NCBI GenBank assembly: GCA_032718475.1
Contig: JAUCBJ010005699.1
Location: forward strand, 1 to 57,746
Reading direction: 5' to 3'
Length of the DNA: 57,746 nt
Source of the DNA: Nemertoderma westbladi
Taxonomy: Eukaryota; Animalia; Xenacoelomorpha
The notes beneath the pieces were generated by a model. It had not been told where the DNA came from, made no database searches, and saw only the letters and a list, made by a program, of their open reading frames with translations. The position numbers and the translations under genes were made by a program. Numbering within the stretch: the first letter of the stretch is position 1; every line of letters begins with the position of its first letter. Below, piece by piece: positions 12,325-24,757 of the stretch.

Positions 12325-13152
12325 ATGACTGAGTTGATAGAAGATGATCTTGGTATCAGGGAGCGATATACTCTACCTTTACAAGCGTTTGTTGATAGCT
12401 TGATACGCGGCGACGCTAGTCCAACTACTACGGAGGACAATGGTCGTTATATCGAACCGCCAATGTCCCAGGAGCAACTTACGCGTGAATTGGACTATAG
12501 AAAATTCACCGCTCGCTATACGCATCGTAATGGTACGTATATGGACTTCTTAACTACTGGCCATCCTATCGATTTACACGATACGGACGATGTAGACACC
12601 GAAAGGGAAATGGTTTTATTTAAATATCATACCCAGCGGAGTCGGAACGATAAACTGAGAATAGAACACGAGAATTCTATTCGGAACCGACTCGAAAGAG
12701 AAGACGTTGAAGAGCCGGATAAACGCAGCGACTTCAACGATTATCTGGAATTCTTGAGAGAAACATATCTCAATATTGCCAGTCAACAAAATCTAGAAAC
12801 TCGATATCCTCAAGGTATACATCATGACCCTATGATAGAACTCAAACGGCTCTATTTCACTATGATGTATCTTACCGCCGATCGACCGCTACCTGTCGTC
12901 CCAGATAGCTTTGAACAGATGGAGGAATATTGTAAAACTGGAGAACGATCACCCGCGTTTCCCCTGCAGGACGTGCGTCTTTGGTATTACTGCGATGAAT
13001 GCCCTAGACCCAATCAGCAAACGGAAAGACATAAGCATCCGCGGAGACGTTGCGCTAAACACAGTTTTACACGATATACTTATGGAAGTTTCGAGCGAAA
13101 CCTGTTCGACATATCACCTACGCTCGCTCAACTCTCGTTACCAACAGAGTAG
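12325..13152 (+). CDS. Accessory 3' ORF (ORF3) of BEL family A, unknown function; truncated near 13130
   Basis: ATG-initiated 275-aa ORF; homologous sequence at 43181-43535 in the same position of copy 2; CDEC...H-x-H...C-x2-H cluster. Confidence 0.65.
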   Translation: MTELIEDDLGIRERYTLPLQAFVDSLIRGDASPTTTEDNGRYIEPPMSQEQLTRELDYRKFTARYTHRNGTYMDFLTTGHPIDLHDTDDVDTEREMVLFKYHTQRSRNDKLRIEHENSIRNRLEREDVEEPDKRSDFNDYLEFLRETYLNIASQQNLETRYPQGIHHDPMIELKRLYFTMMYLTADRPLPVVPDSFEQMEEYCKTGERSPAFPLQDVRLWYYCDECPRPNQQTERHKHPRRRCAKHSFTRYTYGSFERNLFDISPTLAQLSLPTE

Positions 13153-14650
13153 CCATTATACTCAGTCGCTCTAATGTAGATCAATGGTGACATTGCCCTG
13201 GGACGATTAATCCAGCCGACATCACTTCCAGAGGAGCAACTCCTCAAGAACTGATAGATACTCCAGACTGGTTAGGTGGACCCGACTTCCTGAGTAAAGA
13301 AGATGATGAATGGCCCCCTCATCTCACCACGGCGGAGATTAGTCAAGCCAAGGGAGCGGAGAAAGTCAAACCTAAAACCCATACGAGTAAATCAAAGTTA
13401 TTTAAACCCGTGATAGATCTGTCTGTACTACACATTTCCAGGGACGACGCTGTGGATCTAAACTCCCCCGCCACAAATAAATCTGTTATAGACATCAGAG
13501 AAAGAGACTGGAAATCTGGAACACCAGATGTCTCGCAAGGACTCTCACCTCTCCTGCAGAGAGCAATAAATCACTATAGCTCCTGGAATCGGCTTTGTAA
13601 GGCCATCGTGTATTTGAAGCGATGCTTCCATCATCACTATTCCAGGACGAAGATCGCTAGTGATACTGCTCCACTGACATCCGAGCAGGTCCATGCTATT
13701 AAAGATCTTCCCACATACAAAGTGTCGGATAGGTTTCTGACAGAGAAGATCAGTTATCAAGAGCATGAAAAAACCAATAAGCAGATACTGAGACTCCTGC
13801 AATGCTATGAAGATTCCGATAAGTATTTCCTGTTGTTGAGAAATCCACAGATGCGCTTAAGGGATCGTTTCTCTAGCACAATGATAGATGGGTTAATACG
13901 TGTTGGAGGGAGACTAACTAATGCTCCATTATCCTTTGACACTAAGTTTCCCATACTCATTAGAAATCTTGAAATACAAACCAAGATGATTGTAGATGTT
14001 CACAGTAGGCTTTACCATGCTGGTAGAGAACGAGTTCTTAGCGAAATTCGAACTCGCTATTATTTCCATAAACCCCGTAGAGCTCTGAACCAAGTTCGTA
14101 GGAACTGTATACCCTGTAGGAAAGCATTCAGTAGGCCTTTGACACAGCGAGAGGCAGAATTACCTAGGGAGCGAGTAAGCTTCTATGAACCACCCTTTAC
14201 TAATACCAGTGTGGATTCATTTGGCCCTATTGAAGTATATCGTGCTAGGACTATAGTCAAGCGATGGTGTGTCATCTTTGTCTGTATGACTTGTAGAGCG
14301 ATCCATCTAGATATGGTGAATGATCTATCTACCAACAGCTTCATACTGAGTTTACGCCGACAGATCGCTCATTTTGGAACTAGCAACACCATGAGATCCG
14401 ACAAAGGAACGAACTTCATTGGCGCCAATAATGAGATCAAAGCTTATGTGAAAGATTGGAACCAAAGACAGGTGGACGATCAGCTAAGGGTAACAGCATC
14501 TAGCTGGACCTTCAACGCCGCCGACACCCCTTGGTGTTGAGGAAGTTGGGAGAGATTAATACGGAGCGTGAAGACCGCATTTCACTTTATAGTGCCGTGC
14601 CGCGCGTATCTCACCGACGAACTTTTGCGGACGTTAATGGAAGAAATCGC
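13135..14650 (+). pseudogene. Second family A pol fragment (end of RNase H to integrase core)
   Basis: Aligns to about 8545-10060 with scattered substitutions; stops near 13190 and at 14540. Confidence 0.88.
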
Positions 14651-17600
14651 TACGAAGTTGGGCTTCTCTGACGGTCCCCTCACCCTAAACTATTTAATAA
14701 TGAGACACTCGTGTATAAACGCATCTCCCAACTGGAAAGGCGTCTCACCGTCAACCCTGCAGCTCATGTGCTATACAAAGAGCAGATGACAAAGTTCATA
14801 AGTAAGGGATACGCGGAAATAGTTCTGCCAGTCGCCCCCAAGACTGACCGAACATACTACCTTACTCATCATTACGTTGAACGGGAAGACAAACGGGGAT
14901 GTATTAGAGTAGTGTTTGACGGTTCGGCTAAGTACCAAGGACAGTCCCTTAACTCAGAACTGCTACCCGGACCCAACTTGTTACAGTCTTTGCCCGGGAT
15001 ATTAATGTGCATGAGACAATATGCCGTCGCCTTTGATTCGGACATAGAGGGTATGTTTCTGCAAGTAAAAGCCTTAGACATCGACCAGGACAGCATGCGT
15101 TTCTTGTGGTGGACAGAAGGTGACTTGAATTCTAATCCAGTTGAGTATCATATGACCATTCAATCATTCGGTATCATTTCCAGTCTGTCCAACTCATGTT
15201 CAGTGTTACACCGGACAGCTGACGATCATCGGGATGCATTTCCGCCATTCGTCGTAGATAATATCAAAAGGGATATCTACATGGACAATAACTTGAAATC
15301 AGCCCCGACAGTTAAGGAAGCCATAAACATTGCCCAAGGGACAGTTAACTGCCTGAAACTTGGAGGATTTCGCTTGACGAAATTCACTGCAATTCTCGCG
15401 AGTTTCTAAAGGCCATACCCCCCGCAGAGCGTGGCGATACCGAGCTTAACTTAAATAAGGACGATCTGCCCGAGACTAAGACATTAGGACTTCGTTGGCT
15501 GACAGAAAGCGACACCATGGAGTTTAAAGTTAAGTTAAGAAAGGGTAACACTCGAACCAAGCGCATTTGCCTCAGCATACTTAGCACTTATTTAGACCCC
15601 CTCGGCTTTATTAGTCCAGTTATTTTACTGGCTCGAGACCTCATTCACCGAATGTGGAAGGAAAACGACACTTGGGACGACCCCTTGACAGGGACACTGC
15701 TAGAAGACTGGTGGAAATGGGAACGGTCCTTGCCTGACCTCGAGAAGTTCTCTCTACCTAGGGCATATTTCCCAAATGTCAACTCCCTGCAGACCTATGA
15801 ACTCCATGTATTCGGTGATGCGAGCAACAAGGGTAGCGGGATTGTAGCTTACTTTAGATGCGAAACCCCAGATGGTGTCTCAGTAGCATTAGTTGCCTCA
15901 AAGGCCCTGATAAGACCAATCACCAAGACCAAAGACACCTTAACCATTTCCCGAACTATTTTTTCCATCCTATCATTTTTATCCATTCCTACTATCATCG
16001 CTAAAAACATACTAACACAGACAGACTATAAGGTAGTAAGGACAGTTTACTGGACAGACTGCATTGGTTTTAGAATATCTGACCAACACGACATGCCAGT
16101 TCAGTGTGCATGGATGATACTAAAGGACACAAATCTTGATCAGTGGAGACATTGTCCAGGATTGTTAAATCACGCTGACATTGCGTCTCGCGGTGCCACC
16201 CCTCAGGAACTGATAGACACCAAGTGTTGGTTGCCGGGACCTGCCTTTTTACAAGGCCCCGAGAATAGTTGGCCCCCAAATATAACGCCTGCGGAAATAA
16301 GGCAACAAGTGAAGGGCACGGAAATTGCTAAGTCTAAAAACAAAGCGTCCAAGTTAAAACTATTCAAAAATATCGACATATCTTCACTGCATGTAAGTGA
16401 GAATGTGAACCAAACAAGCACCCCAGACAGTGAAGCCCTTATTACCCTTTCAGTCCCAGACCTGACTGGCGGCCTTTCACCGCTCGTTAGCAAAGCCATG
16501 GATCATTACAGTTCCTGGCATAAGCTTTGTCGTGCTATCATAACATTAAAACGTTATGTTTACTACCGCTGTAACTGACGCAAATTTACACAACGCAAAT
16601 TGTTGGATCACGAAGTAGACTATACTAACAGGCAACTACTCCGACTATCTCAAATCCAAGAAAGGGCTCCAACATACGAATACCACCTGAAACACCCCGC
16701 TACGCAGTCGAACGATAAATTTTCCAGTGTGATGTTCGACGGCCTGATTAGAGTGGGAGGTCGACTTACCAACGCCCCCCTTTCCCGCGACACGATATTT
16801 CCTATTATTATCTACGATTCCGTCATTCAACGCAAAATAATACAGGACGTGCACAATCAGCTGTTGCATGTGGGGAGGGACCATATACTTAGTGAAATAC
16901 GCACTAGGTATTATCTTGTAAAGCCCAGGAAAGCCTTAAACAAAGTTCTGCGTAACTGTTTACCCTGTAGGAAACTGTATTGCCAGCCTATGACTCAGTT
17001 AGAAGCACCCTTACCAAAGGAGCGCGTCAGCTGTTACGAGCCCCCCTTTACACATACATGCGTAGATCTGTTTGGACCAATAGAAGTCAAGAGGGCTCGA
17101 ACCATGGTTAAAAGATGGTGCGTCATCTTCGTCTGTATGACTTGCCGCGCCGTACAACTAGACATGGTTAATGATATCTCCATGAACAGCTTTATCATGT
17201 GCTTACGTAGGCAAATTAGACGATACGGCACTAGCAATACAATGAAATCCGACAAAGGGACGAACTTTATAGGAGCAAACAACGAAATAGCACGCTCTAT
17301 AGAAGAATGGAACCAGGACCAGGTTGATGAGATGTTGAAGATTTCCACTTCCAGTTGGACCTTCAACGCCGCAAACGCACCCTGGTGGGGCGGGAGCTGG
17401 GTGAGATTAATTTGTAGTGTAAAGGTAGCCTTTCATCACATACTATCTTGCAAGGCCTACCTCACAGATGAAATTCTCCGAATCATCTTAGAGGAAGTGA
17501 CCGCCTATCTAAACAGTCGGCCCCTAATGCCCGTTTCGACCAACCCCAAAGCACTAGAGGCCCTCACACCAGCCCACTTTCTAATGAAAAAGAAAGTAGT

Positions 17601-18048
17601 AATGTTGCCGGTCTCAACACCAGAAGACGGTGATGAGCTATTGCGACAGACCTGGAAGATGACACAATTACTGTCATCCCGATTTGCAAACCACTTTGAG
17701 CACTTTTACCTCCCCAGTATACAACTTAGAAACAAGTGGTTTTCGGTAAAAGACAATGCCAGAGTGGGCGACATGGTCTTAGTTGTAGACCCCGATCTTC
17801 CCCGCAAATGTTGGCAGACAGCGCGCATCGTAGAGACACATGTTAGCGTGGACGGCCTAGTAAGATCAGTGGATTTAGTAGTGCTCAGGGAAAAAGGCAA
17901 GCTAAATTTCGTTCCACAGAGGCTCAACCGTCCCATAGGACGCCTCTGCCTACTAGAAATGGCACGGGAAGAATCTGGCAATTATGGAAAGCGGGAAGTT
18001 AAGCCAACGAACTTAACTTACTTCCTGCTATATATGGTAAACTCCTAG
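14651..18048 (+). pseudogene. pol: pol (RT, RNase H, integrase) of a related but distinct BEL/Pao family B
   Basis: DIEGMFLQV, YMDN, LHVFGDAS, HVG...CLPC, VDLFGP, SDKGTNF; protein-level similarity to family A with clearly different DNA; frameshifts. Confidence 0.88.
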
Positions 18049-18182
18049 GTAATGCTTGAGTGCGCCGCATATCACTCTCGAGCGTGGGAACGGGTTAGGT
18101 GAAGTTAACCACCGACTCCATCGCTGACCCATTTTTTCAAAATATGCCATATACTCAGCTTGACAGGCTAACAAAATATTAT

Positions 18183-19346
18183 TGTAAAGGCTTTTGCGGA
18201 TCTAGCTAGTCATTTTTCCCACAAAGTACTCTGTAGGTGTTTTAGCGGACATAAAAAGCCGTTTTCTTACTGTGTAGGTGTTTTAGTGGACATAAAAAGC
18301 CATTTTTCTGTATGTGTACTTTAGCGGACATAACTAGCGATTTTATGCCGCAATACGCCAAAATACTCTTGATACAGTGTAGTTCAGATGACGACATCTA
18401 TCAGCTGAGATGTCGACGTGTAGCTTTTGGCTTTCTTTGTTTGGCTCGACCAATCAGAGCGGTTTTCTCTCTGTGTTGGACAGTGCATACAGAAACTCAC
18501 GCAATTCAGTCAGTGTGTATTTTTCCTAAGCCTAGAACACCGGCTGTGGAATTATTCTGTGTTTCAGACTTTAGCCAAACATTAGAACGGCTTTGATCAT
18601 AGAAACGTATAACTGTTATTCTATCTACCACTTATCATATTATATTATACGTACCTTTCACCGCATTATTTTACTGCTATTTACTGTCGGTTATTAATTG
18701 TATCAGTTTATGGAATATTGTTATATTTGGAGAATATCGATAAATAATCATAAAACCCCAATCTTCTTGATATACTGAAGGTGAGAGACCGGTTACATAT
18801 AGCAATTGCGACTTACATTATAGTGGTTTTGGAGTGAATTTAATGCTATTTCATAGGCCCTACAGGTGTCAGTCGCTGTTCTCTTTATATGTGACTAAAA
18901 TTAGTGAAGGTCGGCAGATCGGTGTGCAGCATTGTGCGGTAGTGTGCATGAGTGTGATAGATAACAAAGCATCTCCTAAAGAATGCGCTTTATACGTGAA
19001 TCAATAGCCATCCCGTTGAGTTTAGTGTAAGTCATAACTCTGTTTACATACTTAGAGCGCCACGTCCTAAAGGAACTGTTAATATTTCCCGAAAGTGAAT
19101 AATATTTGTCAGAGATTATATTAATGATCAATCGAATAATACAGTAGGCCTACACCGCAATAAGGTCAGAGCTTCCGAATCCAGTCTCCCGGGTAAATCC
19201 AGCGGGTGAATGGTCGCGCATAGGCTGGCTTCGGCTAATGTAGTTTTATGTGTATCAAATACTTGTCATAGGCTAAAGTTGATTTATAAACTAGAATACA
19301 CCTATATTTGGCAGGTTAAACTGCTAAAGGTCTAAAAGCGCGAACA
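18183..19346 (+). repeat. 5' LTR (1164 bp)
   Basis: TGTAAAGG...GCGAACA; about 15 substitutions versus 44524-45687 by eye. Confidence 0.93.
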
Positions 19347-21169
19347 ATAACAGTTTTATCTTCTGATTGCAGTGTAGGCAATAAATATAGTTGTCTATTG
19401 TTCTGGTAAGAACAATAACAGTTATTGCTTCTTTATTGCAACGTAGGCAATAAAGGAAAAGTACCGGTCGACTGGTAACCAGTAGGCCTAACTACCTAAC
19501 CACCCGAACCGGTACTTACAGCAGTACAGGTACATCAGTATTATTCGATTTTGATAATTATATACCGGTAGGTCTTGATATTTAATCAGGGACGGCCGCC
19601 CTAGTTTTTTATTGGGATTTTACTTATTTCTGTCAGTTTTATTTATTTGTAAGTTAATATTGAGCAGAAGGCGTGTAAGCCTGCTCAGATTGTACAGATA
19701 ATTTGTAGGCTGGACTGTTGTCTGACTGTTGTTAAGTCTGAAGAGATTGCAGTGTGTGTAGAGTGTATGTCCGATAAAGTACTAGTTAGGAACGTGGGTG
19801 GCATCCAGTGCTGTAAGGTAAATCCCCCCTGAAAGAATAAGTCGTACTACTCGGTTAGAACGCATACTAACTAACCATTTCGGAGTCTGCATATACTGTA
19901 GTTTATTTAGGCTTGATAGTAGTCTGCCAGCGTTTGGTCTGTATTTTGTTTGTGTAGTCTGTACGGGTAGCGTAATATTTATTATTCAGAGTTTATGCGA
20001 TTATTCGCAACATACATAACCCCAAGTTTATTCCTATAGTAATTGTGCTTGTTATACATACCGTTATAGTTAAATTAACCCCGGTACTACATCAGGGCTG
20101 TTTGGCGTAGGTAAAGACTGGTGATTTTATGCTCTAGTCACTCCGGCAGATACCGTGGTTCTTTTAGCTGTACAAGTATTTTTAACTGCTGGTTATTTGT
20201 TGTATAAGTACTTGTACCTAATTTAGGGTTTAGTGTACAGTGCTTTCCGAAGGTAATTAGTGTGTAGGCAGTATATTTGTGTTGTAAAGTGGTTAATAGG
20301 CACGTTGGCTCTGGTAGGCCGCGGTAATTAACTTCTAGGTAGGAACACTCCGTGTACATAGCGTAGTACTTATAGCGCTACGGCTATAAGTCGTCAGACG
20401 GTGGTATTTTTCCTATCTGGACAACACAATATATTTACTACTGCTTTATTATTTTCAAATACCGTAGTATCCTGTCCGTTTGTAATAACCAGAAATTCTA
20501 ACACCTTGTTAGGCTAGTTTTTAGATTTCTTGTAAAATTAACCCTAAAAATTCGTACGTGTAATTTTTGTGTTTATTTAGAGATTGTAATCTCACCCCGT
20601 AATTGTACATAATTCGTAGTAATAAGAAACTTAGGCAAGTATAATTATTTGTTTTAGTGTCCAATCCAACAAGTAGCACTTCACTGAGAGCATACAGCTT
20701 CTGTGTAGTGACTCCTTCCCAGAAATAATAACATTTATTTCAAACATTGACAAAACCCATTAAACGGGTATATATATATTATAAATCAACTCAAACGATT
20801 TATAAAATAGTAGGCCTGTCATACAACAATTAGGTCTTAATATCAGTTGGACTACTGCTTAAAATAACGGTAATAAAGTGAAGTAAAGTAACTAAGTAAC
20901 TCTAAAAATTCAGAAATTCAATTATTCTAAAATAATTGATATACCGGTATTCACGATAGGCTTATTACATTTATTTCTATAAATTTAAGCTGAAATTATA
21001 TACCGGTATTCTGTAATTAATTCTAGTCTATAGTTATACTTTTATATTATAAGTGTAAGTTGTATACCGGTATCCACGATAGGCTTATTATATATTTATA
21101 TATATTTGTGCTGAAATTATATACCGGTATTCTGTGACAAACCTAGTCTGTAATAATACTTATATATTA

Positions 21170-21245
21170 TAATACTAATATAATATAATAATACTATAAT
21201 ATAATATAATATAATATAATATAATATAATATATATAATACTATA
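21170..21245. repeat. (TAATA)n microsatellite in the 5' UTR
   Basis: Direct reading. Confidence 0.85.
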
Positions 21246-21397
21246 AGTGTATACCGGTACTCTAATATATTGTATATACATCACGTTACATAGAGTAACG
21301 ATATCGGTAATTAATTACTAGGCTAACAGTTGATACCGAATTACTAGACTTGCTTTAACTGTAATATAGCAGTAGGCATTCAACTGTACAAACAAAC

Positions 21398-22770
21398 ATG
21401 TCTGACACAAAGCAAAACCTGTCAGACAGTCTCCTAGATACAACCATCTGTGACCCAGATAGGAGTGCTGAACGTTTGAGACCGAAGTTCAACTCACCTC
21501 CTACTGTAAGAAAGGTCATCCCTCCAGTAGTAGTATCAGACCCTAGGCTAGTCCAACACCGTAGGTCTATCATAGGCACTCGGGCTCAAGTCAAGCGGGA
21601 TCAAGAAGCAGCTGTCAAACAGCAGCAACACCCTAGCCGAGAACTTATTTTTCAGCGGCCCGATAGCTCCAGTAGTTCGGATACTGTAGAGCTGACACCC
21701 GAGCGCGGACCAAAGATGGCAGATGCGGTTTATTCGGATCCCCTTCTCATTCTTCCTGCAGCCATACTCACTAGGGTATTGATTGCGGTGGAGGAACAAC
21801 AAATTGATTGGGCGAGAAGTAAGCGATCGACCAAGGACAGTTATGCGGGATACACAAGAGAGGAACTGAAGTCTATTGTCGAGTCGCAATGGAACTTCCC
21901 CGGACCTGGACTCCCGTTTGACTTATCGAAAGCTGCCTGGGAAGACATACACAGGATGGGAGTGACAGAAGACACTAGTGATCCAGCTGTGTGGAAGAGG
22001 TCGGCAGCAGGATATGTACAGGGATTCTTCAGCTCTTTGGAGCGATTAAAGGAACAACTGTTTCAACAAACCCAAGGACCTCAATAGCAGGGAGAGCTGC
22101 TTTATCAAGTTCGCGAAATAATTCTAAGAATCAGACTAATCCTATCGGCCTTTGAGGAAGCTTCGAAAAGAAGACAAGACACGTCGTTGCAAGTTGCCGT
22201 AAAGACTTGGTTCCAGCGGGTGAGTCTCAAGGTTCAAGGAACGGCCCAGTGGAAATTTCAGCTGGCTGAGCGCTCCACCCATGGAGAATCAACAGACGCT
22301 ACCTTTTCTCAAGTGGAAAGCGAAGCGACAGCAGAGAAACCGCAGAAGAGGGACGCTATTGACATCTATCTGTCAGACTATCAACGATTTCTAGGTGATG
22401 AAGAGTTGAGGAGACGGCTGGCTGGACTTCACCCTAATAGTGAAGGAGCCAAGTTTGTGCTGGACGCAATAGATGCGGAAATGCTAGCTGCGAACCAAGC
22501 TAAATTTGATGAAAGCATCCGCATCGCTAAGGTTCAAGAAGAACAAGTAAAGAAAAAACGTATAGAAGATCGAAAGGCGGCAGCAGCGGCAGCTGCAGAA
22601 GTTGAAAGAAAAGCGGCAGAAGCAGAAGCGGAAAGAAAGGCAGCAGAAGTGGAAAGGAAAGCGGCAGCGGCAGAAGCAGAAGCGGAAAGAAAGGCAGCAG
22701 AAGTGGAAAGGAAAGCGGCAATGGCAGCGGCAGAAGCGGAAAGAAAAGCGGCCGAAGTGGAAAGAAAAGC
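21398..22770 (+). pseudogene. gag: BEL gag N-terminal part (in-frame TAG at 22085-22087), cut by the Polinton
   Basis: ORFs 21398-22087 and 22187 onward share a frame; from ~22281 it aligns to copy 1 (KPQKRDAIDIYLSDYQRF, AERKA repeats). Confidence 0.85.
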
Positions 22771-23029
22771 AGTAGCATATTTTGGTCTTTTGAATTTTGG
22801 TCGCATATGACCGTAATTAATCAATCAACATTAACTCGAATGATATTACTATATCTATAGTTCATCCGTTTTAAATAAAGCCAATAAAATATTGATCCCG
22901 CGCATATACTGTAGAAGATGCGCGACAATGAACGTGGTCACAGATGTCTATAATTTAACATTATACTGTACTGTATGTACAATGGAGTCAAGTAGAGAGA
23001 GAGAGAGAGCTTAAATAATAATAATAATA

Positions 23030-23909
23030 ATGGCCACAGACACATATATCACTCTACTTTCAGATAGCTCATAAAACACTTACCCCAATAATAATCCTAG
23101 CGAGTTTACTGTTGATTTAGCCGAAGAATTATATATTGGTCCAAACGCTAAAATTGGGCTTGCCGAGCTTCAATACCAAGCAACATACAGTAATATTACG
23201 CTGCAAACTCAAATCTCGCTGTCAATCGGGGTAGATGCAAAAGATGCCAAATTATATAGTTTATTTCCTGGTATGCATAACTCTATTCAAGTCATTATTG
23301 ATGATATAAATAAACTGTTTAATTCTGAAGCGAAATATAGAGATTTCGAATTCATTTTTAATACAAATAATTATAGAATTAAATTTAAATTTCCTAAAAA
23401 GTTGAAAAAAATACAATTAAGTCTACGTGGTGATTTAATACAAATTCTAGGCTTAAAACCGTTATTGGATCGGAATCATCCGGATATTCCGAATTGGGAT
23501 ATATACAGTACCACTACAGTAGATGAATTAAGCAATATAGAACAGCCGATATTAATTTTAAATTATAGCGGACCAAAAATTTCGGAAATTGGCATTTTAG
23601 ATTTTCCAGCTCCCACGAATATAACACGTAATAAAGACACTATCTTTATATACACAGATATTATTAAGAGCTCATTTGTTGGTGACGCTTTAGCTCCGCT
23701 CTTAAGAACCTGCCCTTTAACGCAATTAAATCGAAAATATATTAATCACGAATACGAGAGCATTTGCTATTACCCGTTGTTGAATAAAAAACTAATTACT
23801 TTAATCAATCTTAATTACTTTACGTGACGGACAAGGCGAATTAATTAACTTCAGCGGAGGTCGCACTGTTATAACACTTAAGTTAATACGGGGTGGCAGT
23901 GATGGATGA
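23030..23909 (+). pseudogene. Minor capsid protein (penton) paralogue 1
   Basis: MATDTYITLLSDSS*NTYPNNNPSEFTVDL (TAA 23072-23074), in frame with ORF 23273; IFIYTDIIKSSFVGDALAPLLR; frameshifted tail TLRDGQGELINFSGGRTVITL. Confidence 0.85.
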
Positions 23910-24756
23910 ATTCTACGTAAGACTACCAAGTAACTCCTGTCCAATTGATTTTCCCCGCAATAGCGCTAGTAATTATCAGATTAATTTCCATGGCGCCTTA
24001 CCTATAAACCCAAACGAAAACTGGGTGGTAGGTATAAAAAGTATATTTTACTTAGCTATGTTGCCGTCCATGTATAACAATGTAGAGAATGTTATTTTAT
24101 TAAAAAAAGGAAAAAAAAATTTTGAGGATACACTTCCATCCGGTTTGTTCTACAGTATCAATGACATTATAGATTATTTTAACACGGGGGCGTTGAAAGA
24201 TAAATTACAAATAGTTGAAAATACTCAGCAAAATAGGTTGCAATTTATTTTAGGGAAAACTGTGCGAGAGTTATTTATAGGTCAACAATTAGCCTATTAT
24301 TTTGGAATTACTGAAAATAATCTCGGCGTGAATTTAAATCCAAATTTTAAAATTATTTTGAAGACGAAAAATAATATAAAGGGTTATTTAATAAAGGTTA
24401 TCGGAAATGGAGAAAAAGCTTACCAGATGGTATTTTTATGCCCTCAACCACCCAATTCTATTCCAGAACCTAAGTCGAACATGTACGTGACTACTAATAT
24501 AATTGAAAATCAATATATTAATGACTTTGGTTTAGCTTTACTTCGTCGTGTTGCGATACCTGATGACGTGAAATATGGTAGCGTAATAAATAAAGAATTT
24601 GTCAAGGATACAATTCATTATATCCCTGTAAAAAAATCATATAAGATAACATACATTCATATTGAAATAACAGACAAAGAAGGAAAAGATTTGAATTTTG
24701 AATATGGGACAACATCTATTACATTACACTTTAAACGCTTTAAACGAATAAATTAA
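23902..24756 (+). CDS. Minor capsid protein (penton) paralogue 2
   Basis: MDEFYVRLPSNS...FPRNSASNY...WVVGI; MYVTTNIIENQ...LLR; HYIPV...IHIEITDKEG..LNF...ITLHFKR, the Polinton penton pattern. Confidence 0.88.
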   Translation: MDEFYVRLPSNSCPIDFPRNSASNYQINFHGALPINPNENWVVGIKSIFYLAMLPSMYNNVENVILLKKGKKNFEDTLPSGLFYSINDIIDYFNTGALKDKLQIVENTQQNRLQFILGKTVRELFIGQQLAYYFGITENNLGVNLNPNFKIILKTKNNIKGYLIKVIGNGEKAYQMVFLCPQPPNSIPEPKSNMYVTTNIIENQYINDFGLALLRRVAIPDDVKYGSVINKEFVKDTIHYIPVKKSYKITYIHIEITDKEGKDLNFEYGTTSITLHFKRFKRIN

Positions 24757-24757
24757 A

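Larger units (their letters stand above)
1914..13134 (+). mobile_element. Decayed BEL/Pao LTR retrotransposon, family A copy 1 (no 3' LTR in place)
   Basis: LTR, gag, protease, RT, RNase H, integrase in BEL order, then non-coding DNA and an extra ORF; ~2-kb 5' deletion relative to copy 2. Confidence 0.88.

Noticed and set aside
18312-18596. 94-aa ORF repeated at 44653-44937
   Set aside because: Lies inside near-identical LTRs, has no recognisable motif and is not preserved in the third LTR copy
1914-19346. LTRs at 1914 and 18183 as one element's pair
   Set aside because: They are visibly more diverged (for example 2020-2090), and the ATTAT duplication pairs 18183 with 45687
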